Assembly: GCF_009914755.1 (NCBI RefSeq)
Contig: NC_060947.1
Length of the DNA: 64,000 nt
Origin: the human T2T-CHM13v2.0 reference genome, Homo sapiens
Direction: 5' to 3' (one strand)
Positions within the stretch are counted from its first letter, which is position 1; every line of letters begins with the position of its first letter. Both the position numbers and the translations under genes were made by a program. Of the stretch, positions 16,769 to 30,737 are shown in pieces. The notes beneath the pieces were generated by a model. It worked only from the letters and a program-made list of their open reading frames with translations, searched no databases and was not told the origin of the DNA.

Positions 16769-17040
16769 CTATGGGCAGAAGGGAGGCAGGGTCACGGGGC
16801 ATCCCATGGGAGCTGATCCCACCCTCAAGCCTTTGCTCAGGCTGTTTTCTCCTTTCTGGACATTGTTCCCTCTTCCCTTCCCTTGCCCATTCTTCAAGGC
16901 TTGGCTCTCCTGTAGCCTCTTCCAGGAAGCTCTGTGTGATTTCCACAATTTGTAGTGAGCCTCCCATCCAAGGGAGAGAGCTGGCATGGCCGCAGAGGGA
17001 CCCCCTCTATTCTGCTATATCACCTCACATTAGGCCTCAC

Positions 17041-17139
17041 CGTTGTCTTCTCTAGACAGTGCAGCAAGTGGTGATGTTGCTGTTCAAAGGCAGAACGGTT
17101 CCTGACACAAAGAGCCTGTTCCTCGCCACTGCCGCTGTC
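17041..17139 (-). CDS. KCND1: Kv4.1 coding exon 4
   Basis: [33 protein letters not shown] (Kv4 [12 protein letters not shown] motif); donor ACG|GTGAGG. Confidence 0.96.
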
Positions 17140-17223
17140 CTGGAGTAGATGGAGCAGAGCGATAAGGGCAGCACCTTCCTCCCCGTTATGGCTCACCCCA
17201 ACCCTATCCAGGCCCCGACCCAC

Positions 17224-17307
17224 CTCAAGGCCCCCATTCTGCTTGTACTGCAGGAAGGCATTGGTGGTACCACTCTTTGCCAATCGGATCCTTGCCAAGC
17301 GCACCTT
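17224..17307 (-). CDS. KCND1: Kv4.1 coding exon 3
   Basis: [28 protein letters not shown]; acceptor CTGCAG|, donor GAG|GTGGGT. Confidence 0.95.
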
Positions 17308-17406
17308 CTGCAGAGAGAGGAGATAAAAGGTCAGGTGGGTAAGCCCCAAAGTAGACTGGCTTGGGGTGTGGGGAGTAGGAGGTGCTCGGATGGAAAGTGC
17401 GGTTAC

Positions 17407-17569
17407 CTGCTGTGCTCGGCGCTTGTCAGCCCGCTGGTTCTGGTGGTAGATGCGGCTAAAGTTGGACACAATGACTGGCACAGGCAGGGCAATGACCAAG
17501 ACGCCACTGAGTGAGCAGATGGACCCGAAAATCTTGCCAGCAATGGTGCTGGGCACCATGTCTCCGTAG
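17407..17569 (-). CDS. KCND1: Kv4.1 coding exon 2 (pore filter YGD, S6)
   Basis: Completes TLGYGD; [51 protein letters not shown]; 163 nt. Confidence 0.97.
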
Positions 17570-19179
17570 CTGGAGCGAGGGGAGGTAGGCCAAGGTCAGG
17601 AAAAGTGCCCACCTACCTTTCAGTCCCCCACTCCATCCCATCTAATCCGGACTAGCTCTGTGACCCTGGCCAGGCACTCAAACCTTCTGAGTCCCTCAGT
17701 TTCTTGCTCTGTAAAATGCTGGGTGGCCAAGTGAGAAATGGGCCTGGCCCTCAACCCCTACCATCTGCTGCCCCTGTCCAAGCTACATACCAAGCACCTG
17801 AGTCAGCTAGAAATCTATGAAAACCAAGCAGAGGGGAGCATGAGGAAGTCACAGGCAGTGAACACAGCCTCCTGGGGAGAGAGTCCCAGCACCACAGGCC
17901 AGCCGAAGGGCTTCAAGTCCCGGGAGGAGTGTTTTGTTGGTTTTGGCTGCCTCTGTCTTACCTGCTCTAGGTAGGACCCCTTTTCATTCCCCTATAGGGG
18001 AATCCTTGAAAACTGTCCACATATGACAAAATAGGGAGGAGCCTTGAAACCCTCCTGCCTTTCTCCATGCCACCCACCTCCCACAGAGACAGAGCAGAGC
18101 CAACCTTACTAACTTGTTCACAGAGAGCTCCCCTGAAGATCAGGGAGATTCTGTAACTGACTCGCCCAAGATCACACTGCATACTCTTGTTCTGACCGCA
18201 GAACCAATCAGAACTCCTCCAGAGAAACACAGCCTCTGCAGTCTTCAGCCTCTAAGCCTTTTCTCAGGCTGTGCCCTAGGATGGCTGTTCCTTATTTCGG
18301 TATTTTCACTCATTTTAAGCATTCAGGACTCTGCTCAAAAGTCTTTCCAACTTGGCCATTGCTGGCTCTGTGATGTGTCATCTCAGAGCGTGTCCTCAAC
18401 TGTGAGACATGGGCAGCCATCCACCATCACAGAGTTGTTGTGAGGACTTGAATAGAGTAAAAGCCATCAAAATACTCAGTTCCAGCCCACTGTCAGCGCT
18501 CAGTATTTGTTTGTCAGTCTGATCCTGGACCTCCAACCAGAATTGGGGTTTCTACGCTTTAGAAACCCCAAATCAACTTTTTTTTGTACCTCTATGAAGA
18601 AACTGAGCAAACCCAATTCATTCAGTCATTCCTTCAACAGATACTGAGCACCAACTGTATACCCAATCCCAGTGATGGAAACTTAGAGAAGGATCACAGC
18701 ATCTGCCCTAGACAGTATCTTTGGAAAGCTCATGAGTTCGATGATTCCATTTGATACTTTTATCCCAACTCTGTTTCTTCTGCAGGGATCGACAAAAAAA
18801 TAATAATAATAAAAATGCTGAAAACATCTTGTTCTGGGAAACATCAAGGAATCACAAAGGCTCAGAAGTAGTGCCCCACACAGCAGACAATTCTAGAAGG
18901 TTGGGAGACATGGGTCCCCAAAACAGAAAAAGGTGCTAGAAAGCCAACACCTATGTATCCTGCACCAGAAACATTCAGAGAACTTTCACAACTATGATGT
19001 CATTGAATCCTCTCTAGATGATGAAGGGATCAGCATTTCCCATTTTACAGAGGGGAAAACTGAGGCCATGAGAAAACGACATCAACAGAAAGAGAGCAGC
19101 TAAGACAATCCTTGAACCCAAGTCTCCTGACCTAGAAAATCAAGGCATTGTCAGAGCTGGGAGGGATCTGAAGAATTAA

Positions 19180-19535
<356 letters not shown>

Positions 19536-19613
19536 ATCATTCCTTTAAACTTCCTAATTTTACAGAAAGGGTGAGTGTAATCGGGCAGCCCCCAACGCAG
19601 AGTCCACACTCAC

Positions 19614-20734
19614 CCAAGCGTGGTCATGGTGACAATGGTATACCAGAAGGCCGCAGGGATGCTTGTAAAGTTGGTCTTGTTTGTGCCCTTCTCAGCATAA
19701 AACATGACAGTGGCAAAGATGATGATGGCCATGGTTAGGGAAAAGAGGAGAAAGCCCAGCTCAGAGGCACAGCTCTTGAGTGTGTAGCCCAGAATCCTCA
19801 AGCCCTGTGAGTGCCTGGAGAACTTGAAGATGCGAAACACCCGGAACACACGCAGGGTGACAAAGGCGCCAGAGACATCGTCGTTCTTGGGCACCAAAAG
19901 CCCAATGTAGTAGGGCAGGATGGCCACCACGTCGATGAGGCTCATGACACTCCGCAGGAAGCGGCAACGGCTGGGGGCGGCAAACAGCCGCAGGAGGTAT
20001 TCACCTGTGAATATGAGTACACAGGCTGTGTCCATGCAGAAAAAGGCCTGTGGGAAGCGTTCGCCACAGGGCTGCTCCCTTGAGGACCTGCGTGCAGAGC
20101 CGCGGCATGGGATGGTCTCCACCACATTGGCGATGACCGACACGGCGATGAAGAAGCCGGTCACATAGTAGAAAACGAGGGCTGCGGTGCTCGTGTGTGG
20201 ATTCTCGAAGGCCCGCCAGAGCCGCTGCCGCAGGGAGCTGCCTGCTGGCAGGGCTGGGCCGTCCCCGGCCTGCTCTGCCTCCTCATCCTCTGCCAGGCGC
20301 TCGGCATTCTCCTTCTTTCGGTCCCGATACTCTTCAAGGCAGCAGTCACCGACTAGCTCGGGAACCAGGCCGTAGAAAGCCAGCTCTTCGTCGAAGGCCT
20401 GGATGCACTCCTGCCGTGGGCAATGCAGCCGCCCCGTTCGGTAGAAGTTCAGCACATGGCGGAACATGTCAGGGTCGCGATCGAAGAAGTACTCGCCTGA
20501 GTCAGCATCGTAGAAGAATTCCTTCTCCGAGCTGCCCAGCAAGGTGTCTGGGTAGCGGTCCAGCGTATTCTTCCAAGTCTCAAAGCGCCGTCCGCTCACG
20601 TTCACCACCAGAACCTCATCTCCTCGAGATGCCTTCACCCCCGGTGCCGGGGGCAGGGGTTGCTGGGCCAGGGGCAGCCAGCCCACTGCTGCTGCCCGAG
20701 CAAAAGGCAGCCACGTGGCCAGGCCTGCCGCCAT
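19614..20734 (-). CDS. KCND1: Kv4.1 coding exon 1 (N-terminus, T1 domain, S1-S5, pore helix)
   Basis: [21 protein letters not shown] (KChIP-binding N-terminus), T1 EYFFDRDP, S4 [29 protein letters not shown]; strong Kozak ACGATGG; in-frame upstream TAA at 20762-20764; donor GG|GTGAGT. Confidence 0.98.
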
Positions 20735-22988
20735 CGTGCCACTCCCCAAGCCCAGGGAGACTTAGTGAGGGTGGCGTTTAGGAGAATGTGGCTGTCTCCA
20801 GGATGGTGGGGGCTTGGAGACACCTTGAGCCACCCAAACAAGGAAACTGGGGGTGTCTAGAGAGGCCAAGAGGAACCAGGAGGAAGAACTAAAGAGATGG
20901 GAAGGAGTCTGGGGGACATTTACAGAACCTAGGAGGGGCCTGGGCAATGTTCTGAGGGACTGAGAAGGGCCTTGGGGACATGGAGAAGAGCAGAAAAGGG
21001 GTGTGGGGATGGGGCCAAGAAGGAGCTGAGGGAGGGTTTAGAGAGACTGAGATGATTCTAAAGGAGTCAGCCTGTGCCTGAGAGGTGTCTGGGGGCGTCT
21101 AGAGGGGCCAAGAAACACGTGGGGAATTCTCTGCACTCTCAAGAGTCTCAGGGAAGGCAGAAGAGCCTGGAATTCCTTTGCAGTGGTGGAGAGGAGACTG
21201 GGGCATCCAGAGGGGTAGAAATGGGACCAGAGGTGCTTGAAAGAGACTGAGAGTGCCTGGAAGTGGGGGTTCTAGAGGGGCTGAGACAGGTGAGGAGGGT
21301 TGTCCACACCCTCAAGACTTCTAGGGGAAGCATAAGAGGGTTAGACCCCCCTCATGGATCTGGAAAGGGAGCTGGTGCATCTTGAGGGGTGGCTGTGGAT
21401 CCAGGAGGTTGTAAAGAGGCTGAAAGGTGTCTTGGGACTGCCTAGAGTTGCCAAGAATAGCCCGGGGGGGTGTCTATACTCTACAGGAGTTCTGGGGAAG
21501 AAAGGAGAGGCCAGAGCCTCCTAGTAGGGCTGGAGAGGGGAAGGGGTTATCTAAAGGGGTAGACAGGGGGCTGGGTTATTTTTTGAGAGGCTGAGAGTTA
21601 TCTGGGGGAGGTGGGTATCTAGACGGGCCAACAAAGCCTGGTCGACACTCTCAGGAGTTCTACAGGGAGGAAAAAGGGGCCTGGGGAATTCCAAGGGCCG
21701 GGACTCAAATGTTAGGAAGTTGGGCACAATCCCAGAGCACCCAGGGGATCTATGAAGACTAAATAAGAGGAAGGGGGTTAACCCCAAAATGGGATTAAGA
21801 GGGGGGTGGGGTGTTGAAAGGGAGTTGGGTGTGTCTCCAGGGAGGGGGGCTCCTGGGCTTTGCAGGAAGCTGGCAGGAGACGCCGGGAGAAGGCTGGGTC
21901 CCACCGTTGGGGGCAGGTCTGGGGAAACCACACCCCGAGGGGCTGGCGGTGTGTACTGGGCAGTGGCAGTAGCAGCAGCGGCAGCAGGAGGAAGAGAAGC
22001 AACCACAGCCAGGCATAGGAGAGAAGGTGGCATAGGCAGGGGGAGGGTGCGGGGTCCCTGGAAGGAGGCCTGGGAAGGGCAAGGTCCAGTGGGACCCCTG
22101 GGGACTATCCCAGGATGGGTTAGGGCGTGGGGGCTGGACCAGGGAAGGATGAGGACAGCGCTAGTGGTGGTCCCCCTCCCCCTCTCTCTCGGGGCGTCCT
22201 CACCTGTGTCCCCGCTGCAGGAGCAGCAACAGCGGTGGGGCTGGGGGTACCAAACACCCGAGCTCCTGGCCCCCTCTGCAGAGCTGCCTGAGTTCTCCTC
22301 CTCCTCTGGCTCTCTCTCCCCGCCCCTCTGAGCTTGCCGGGAGATGGAGAGGCAGGGAGGGGCCTCGTGGCTCCCTGAGCCCCCTCCCCTAGGACAGCCA
22401 GAGAGGGACCCTGGGGAGACTCCGCCTCCTACAAAGCTGGTTGGGCCTCAGTCGCGTCATCTGGAAAATGGGGGTGGCAGGGAACTTCGCCAATTCTCTC
22501 CACCTCCTTCCTGGACTCCCCTCTCTTCCTGCCCAGCTCCTACCCGCTCTGCCCCCAGGGGCCCCCACCCCCACTCGCCTGAATCAGCAGCACTTAGCAG
22601 ATCCGATCGATGGGAAGGCGTCAGTTAATGGCCCCAGAGCGGAGTGCCACAGGGAATGATGCAGCGCTGTCCCCTCCCTGCCCCCCAGACTGTGGAAAGG
22701 CAGGAGAGCCAGGAGTCGGGGGTAATTGCTGGGGAGTGTTTCTCTAGATGGCCAAGCTTCCGAAGCCGCCCCCTTGAGGGGCGCAGCATGGGTTACAGCC
22801 CCAGCTCTAAGACTTCGGCTGTGGGATTGGAGCACGGGACTTCCTGTTTTTAGATATGAAATGAGGGTAAAGGGAATGTAGAGGGGGACAATCCAGGTCC
22901 CACCCCCCTACCATCTCAGGCAGGCCCCACTCCGAGGGGGTAGTCTCTCTTATCTGTCCATATCCAGTGGCCTCAAATCACACCTCCT

Positions 22989-23002
22989 CCGCTAGAGGGC
23001 TC
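22989..23002 (+). promoter_or_regulatory. Candidate CTCF motif CCGCTAGAGGGCTC between the KCND1 5' end and the GRIPAP1 3' end
   Basis: Close match to the core CCRSYAGRKGGC. Confidence 0.45.
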
Positions 23003-23349
23003 TGCTTCTGGATGGCAGGAGCACTGATTATGGAATGCCTCTGGCTGGCTATGGGTGGGTTCAAACCCCAGCTTTGCCACTGACTTGCTGCATCCTTGAG
23101 CAAGTGACTTGCATTGTTTCCTCAGTTGTCAGATGGAGAGACTTATCCCAACTTGATAGCGTCATTTGGAGCATTACATGATGTGAAAGGTGATAGCACT
23201 GGACACAGCTCACACCAGGGATGCTTAATCTTAATTAAAGGAGTGTGATGACAGGGGCACTGTAATGCAGGGCCAGGCCTAGCCTTTCACCCAAGATTTA
23301 CCCACCCGTGTAAACTTCCAATTGCCCATTTGGCACACTCCTGATTTGT

Positions 23350-24000
23350 CCATTTCTACATCCATTCCTCCACCTACCCATCCACCCATTCTCCCACCCA
23401 CACAATCAATTCCTCTATCCATCCCTCCACCCACCCGTCCACTTAGTCGTTAATCTACCCACCCACTCATTCATCCATTTGTAAGTTCACCCCATTTGGC
23501 TGTTTGCCAATCTATCTATCTGTATGTATCCATCCTCTGCCCATCTCTTCCCACCCGGAACACATGCAGGGTGACATCCTCTGCCCATCTCTGTCCATAC
23601 ATAGCTCCACTTGTCATTTCTTCTCCCACTCTTTACCCTTCCCATTCATTAGCTCATCTACCCATCCATCCATTCCCCCAACCATTGGTCCATTTACTCC
23701 TAACCTGTCCATAAACCCATCCATCCACCTGTCTACCTAAATCATCCACCCATTTGTCCATAGACCTATTATCCATCTGTCCATTTACATCTCTACTATC
23801 CATCCTCTATCCACCTACCAATCTATCTACCCATTTATTCATCTAACCACCTATCCATCCATCCATTTATTTCCCAATCTATCCATCATCAGTCCATGCA
23901 ACCGTTCACTTATACATCCATCGGTCCATCCAACCACTTATCCATCCTCCCATCTGTCTACTCATCTATACCCACAATCCCATACATGTCTACCCATGTA
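23350..24000. repeat. Degenerate (CCAT/CTAT)n low-complexity repeat
   Basis: Dense CCATCC/CATCTA units. Confidence 0.85.
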
Positions 24001-24660
24001 CATATCTGCAGGTATTTCAGCTCCACTCAGTTTGAGGGGCTGGTCAGCAGTAAATGGAGACAGGCTGGATGAGGGTGGGGAAAAGAGAGTAACGTTGCAG
24101 CCAGAGACCTCTCTCCCTATTCCAATGGTGTAAACCTCCCCGCCCCCAGCATATTCCTCCTGGTTGAAAAGAACGAGACGAGACAGTCAGTGGGTGGGCC
24201 CGTCTGGCCAGATGGTATTTTGGCTGCATAGCCTTTACACACACACACACACACGTGTTGCTAGAACGCTGAACATGGACCACACACCCACCCAGCATCC
24301 CCAATCCCAAATGCAGAGTAGCCAGGCTCCAGACATAAATTAAAAAATAAAATAAAATAAAATAAAAAAGAGTTGGTCTCTGGGAAGGAGAGCTCATGCA
24401 GAGATGAAGACAGAAGCCCTTGGGAGCCAGGACCAAGAAGAAGGAGAAATCCCTGCCCCTTCCCTCAGGATCCCCACTCCCTGGTGGCCTCTGCCCTAAG
24501 ACAGGATCATTAACACTAACCATCAGGCCTCTAGCCCCTTTAATGTCCAGTCTCCCAAGCTATTTGATTTTGGCTCCAGCCCTCATTTTTCCACCACAGC
24601 CCAAGGGAATAGCATCCTAGGGGGTAGGAAGGGGAGGAGGTGGGTGCAGCCTGCAGGTCT

Positions 24661-24753
24661 TTAGCTGGTTTCTCCTGGCTCTAGGTCTGGGTCAGGAGGC
24701 CCCACGCACTCCTTGCTGAGCCGCACAATTTCCTGGGACAGAACTTCCATATC
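24661..24753 (-). CDS. GRIPAP1: GRIPAP1 exon 26 (terminal)
   Basis: TTCTTAG|GAT; [30 protein letters not shown] then TAA. Confidence 0.93.
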   Translation of the reverse strand, partial: DMEVLSQEIVRLSKECVGPPDPDLEPGETS

Positions 24754-25169
24754 CTAAGAAACAAATGAACCATCAGGGGCCAGAGAAGGGGACAGGCTGC
24801 TCCCTTGCCAAACGTAGGGTATCATCTGTGATTTCCCTCACACCCTTTCATTAATCAATGCTCAGCTGTGTCTGGCCTGGGATGAGAAGGTACTTGGAGA
24901 AGCTCACAGCACCCCCAACAGTGGGCAGGGCTCAGAAAAGTCATGAGGATGGGTGGGGAGCTACAGATAATGGGAGTGGGATGCCTCCTGTGGCATGGTG
25001 CTGCTGCAGGATACACCACCACTCTGGCCACCTGCTCTTCTAAGTGTGAGCTTGCTTCTCAAAGGCAGGAGCTGGGTCTGACCCCTTTCTAACTCTCAGA
25101 GATGGGGAAAGTCCTTGGGTGGCAGTTTGGGCAGAAAGATGTGTGTGTGGACCCATGGGCATGGGGGAT

Positions 25170-25610
25170 CTATGGTAGACAAATTGGTGGACGAATGAAT
25201 TGTCCAGAGGACAGATGGAGATCAACAGGTGGGCAGGCAGGTAACTGGGTGGGTGAAAGGTAACACAAGGGGCAATTGATGAGTAGATAAGAGAATGATA
25301 TGTCAAGAAATGGGTGGCAGGACATGGGGTAGACAATGAGATAAGTAAGTAGTAGATTGGGTAGATGGACAGATGGGCAAATGGTTGGGTGAATGTGTAG
25401 ATAAATGGATGAGCGGGTACATGGAAGGAATGAATGGATAATAAGTTGATGAGAGGGTGGAAGATGAGAGCATGATGGAGTAGTTGATGAGTGGGTAGGA
25501 GGATAGCTGGGAGGACAGGCTGGGTGGGTGGGCAAGGGGACTGGCAGATGACCCAGGGGCTATGTGGCTGGGTAGGCAGGTGGCTGGGTGAACAGATGGG
25601 TAGGCTGGCA
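25170..25610. repeat. Degenerate (TGGA/TGGG)n low-complexity repeat in the GRIPAP1 last intron
   Basis: Dense GATGG/GGTAG units on plus (CCAT-rich on the transcript strand). Confidence 0.8.
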
Positions 25611-25622
25611 GGCCACACTTGC

Positions 25623-25777
25623 CTTGTGCAAGTGCATATTCTTGGTGAGCTGCTCCTCCAGCATGTTCTGCAGCTTCTTGTTCATCTCCCGAAGGTTCTC
25701 GTCGCCTGGCTTCACTAGGTCTCTCAGGACGCTGCCCAGCCCGCTGCGGTCTGTGTGGCCTGCTGCCACAGACACAT
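25623..25777 (-). CDS. GRIPAP1: GRIPAP1 exon 25
   Basis: [52 protein letters not shown]; donor AAG|GCAAGT (GC donor). Confidence 0.92.
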
Positions 25778-26485
25778 CTGCAAGGGCCCAGGCTGAAAAC
25801 CACCCCCTCGGCAGAGCCAGAGGAGAGCCAGGCAGAGCCAGAGGAGAAAAGAGGGAGACGAATACCAGGGGAGAAGGCAGCAGGAAAAGCCATGTCATGT
25901 AGGACAGAGGCTTTGACATACAAAACCTAGCTCTGTCACTCACTAGCTCTATGGCCCCGAGAAATGAGGATAACTAACTTGTGGAACTGGAAAGATGCAC
26001 ATGACTGTATGTGAAGCACAGAGCACACAGAAAGTCCTCAGCACATGTTGGTCAGTATGATTCTGATTAATAAAGAAAAATCTGTGAAGGAGAAAGTTTG
26101 AAAGAAAGCAAAAGCAATGAAGATACAGAGAAGGAAAACAATATAGACAGCGAGACAAGATGAAGGAGTGGGGTGAAAAAGAGAAACGGAGAAGAGAGAA
26201 GGGAGAGAGAGAGGAGAGGAAGATGAGGCACAGGGAGAGGAAAGGAGAAAGTGGACAGAGAGACACAATGGAGAATGGAGAGTGGAGAGATGACAGAGAA
26301 AGAGAGAAGAGGGAGGAGGCGAGATCAAGAGACAGTGCTTTCCTGTTCTCCCCTCCACAGGCCATGGTCTTGTCAGTAGCTTCGCTGAGTTCCGAGAGGA
26401 GAGGAGAGAAGCCGCAGCACAGAATGGAGAGGGAGGGCCAGGTGAAGGCTGGACCAGGGCTGAGGGCCGGGGAGGGGACACTGAC

Positions 26486-26579
26486 CGATCCGGCTGTCCA
26501 TGACGTAGGTCTCAATGATGGCGCTCTTCCGGCAGAGGTCCTCTGCCATGGAAGCACTGCTCACTTCCAGGTGCTTCAC
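26486..26579 (-). CDS. GRIPAP1: GRIPAP1 exon 24
   Basis: [31 protein letters not shown]; GT-AG. Confidence 0.93.
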
Positions 26580-26708
26580 CTGCAAGATGGCCCAGCCCAC
26601 CTGAGACCCCTCTACTGTACATGTTCACACATGAGGCGGGCCCGGGCAGACCCCACACCCACAAGGGCACTTCAAGTGGGGATGGGCAGGCAGGCAGGCA
26701 GGCAGCAC

Positions 26709-26831
26709 CTTCTCCTCCAGCATCCATTTCTCCTGCTGTGTCTCTGCCAGCCGCTGAAAGAGCTCAGCCACTTCCTCATCTGACAGCTCTGCTGGCCGAG
26801 GGGGCTGGGCTTGAGGGCTGCTGGATAAGGA
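26709..26831 (-). CDS. GRIPAP1: GRIPAP1 exon 23
   Basis: [41 protein letters not shown]; GT-AG. Confidence 0.93.
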
Positions 26832-27374
26832 CTGCAGGAAAGAGAAGGGGAGAGGCCAGCCCCGGGCTCAGCACCACCGACCCCAGACAGGTGTCAGGGA
26901 CTGGGGAGGAGAACCAGGCCAGAGGTGGGTGAGAGAACATGGGCCCTGAAGCTGGGACTGTTGGCCCATCTTGGTACCCTCAGACTCTGTTTTCTCCTCT
27001 GCCTAAATGGGGGTAGAGAGTAACCACATCAGAGCCTTGTGGAGAGGATTGAAGGAAGATCCCAAAGCAAATGAGATCTAACTTTCAGCTGACAGGAAAA
27101 CTGGAAGAGAGGGACATGTTAAATCATACCACCAGGAAGCCAGCAGAAAAACCCAAAAGGTAGCATACTTCCTGTGGGGTGACTGGGCTGGCCTCTTCAA
27201 CAAATTGGTCTCAGGAAAAAAGGGACCGCACTAAAGAGATTTAAGGGCCATAAAACAACCAGATGTAACATGTGCTCTGAATCTGAATGCTAGTTTTCAT
27301 AAAACCAGCAAGAAAGGACATTCTGGGGCCAACTAGAGAAATCTGGTTAAGGTCAAAGTATCAGACGACATGAA

Positions 27375-28303
<929 letters not shown>

Positions 28304-28772
28304 AGACATTTAAGGTTTTAAAAAAATCTTTGCTCATTTGTGGTTTTTAAAAAATGTACTACAATGAGCACATACTATTTGTGGAACAATAAAAAAGTTA
28401 TTTCCAAAGGAAAGTGGCTGGTAAGGAGGCTGACATGACAGCCGGCAATAATAATTAGTGATCATTACAAGTTGGAAAAAGGGACCTTCTCCTTGGATGG
28501 TGCACCTACTATGAGCCACATAATTTATGGCACCAGAGAAGGGGGAATTAGCCCACAGATGATTAAACAGAAAGTCAGAGAGAGAGAATGACTGGCCTGT
28601 CCTGCATGTCGCAATCTGAATCCAAGTTGGTGGGCTTGGGGAAAAGTTGACAAGAAAATATGTGTGCTGCGCCCAAAGTAGGAGATGGGTTTAGGTGAGG
28701 AGAAAAGGGGAGGGGTTCTCAGATTTTTGGGTTGAGAGAAGCTGGAGCTGTAGGTTCTTCCTTTCCCCTTAC

Positions 28773-28903
28773 CCTGGCTGGAACAGCCGAGCTCTCCTTT
28801 TCCCGCAAGATCTCCCGGTAGCTGAAGGAGGAGATGCTACTGCTGTCCCCTGTCTGGGTCCGGCTTGGTGAGTTCATCTCTGAGAGAACCAGCTCCTCAA
28901 GGC
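28773..28903 (-). CDS. GRIPAP1: GRIPAP1 exon 22
   Basis: [44 protein letters not shown]; donor AGG|GTAAGG. Confidence 0.93.
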
Positions 28904-29078
28904 CTGGGTGGTGGAGGGAAGAGAAACTTGAGCCCCAGTACCCCTGAGTCCCAGGGCAGCAACCAGCAGGAAGAGGCAGAAATAGATTTAACAGAGATGG
29001 AAAGAGAGACACCTGGGCATGGGGAAAGGCAGAAGCAGACAGGAGGACAGGGAGAGACAGAGACAGAAAAAAGAGCTG

Positions 29079-30362
<1,284 letters not shown>

Positions 30363-30643
30363 CCTTTCCCAAGATTCTTACATTCATCTGTGATAAAACA
30401 GAAACAAAACTCCTTTTTAAAGAAAGGTTACTTCAGGAGACCGAGTGCCTCAGAGAGAAATTGATTTGGTGAGAGATACACATCTGTTTTGCCACATCAC
30501 TTAAAGCCCTCGAGGATCTCTGGCAAGGGTGGGGTGACTGAGTGGGGATCCGTAGGTATCCCGAGTGGGGGAATAAGGGACCAAGTTTTCTCTGAGTCTG
30601 TAATCTAAGAGATGCACCAGAGCCATCACTGCATTTTACTTAC

Positions 30644-30696
30644 TTAAATGTATTTATAGGCCATCCCCGTCTTAAAAAAGGCTGAAGCAACTAAAG

Positions 30697-30735
<39 letters not shown>

Positions 30736-30737
30736 TT
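30644..30737 (-). other. GRIPAP1: Candidate alternative stop-containing (poison) cassette exon of GRIPAP1 in intron 21 (47 nt from 30690, or 94 nt from 30737)
   Basis: Perfect donor TAA|GTAAGT at 30643; acceptors ACTTTAG| (30691-30692) and CACTTCAAGCAG| (30738-30739); both give an in-frame stop. Confidence 0.6.
30699..30734. repeat. (GT)18 microsatellite (CA repeat on the GRIPAP1 transcript)
   Basis: Read directly. Confidence 0.95.

Noticed and set aside
20735-20749. N-terminal extension MGSGT of Kv4.1 in the ORF track
   Set aside because: Begins at a non-ATG codon; the ATG at 20734 has a strong Kozak context and gives the conserved Kv4 N-terminus MAAG
26868-26890. Second RE1 site (TCAGCACCACCGAC...)
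   Set aside because: Only the left half-site matches; GGACAG is missing at canonical spacing
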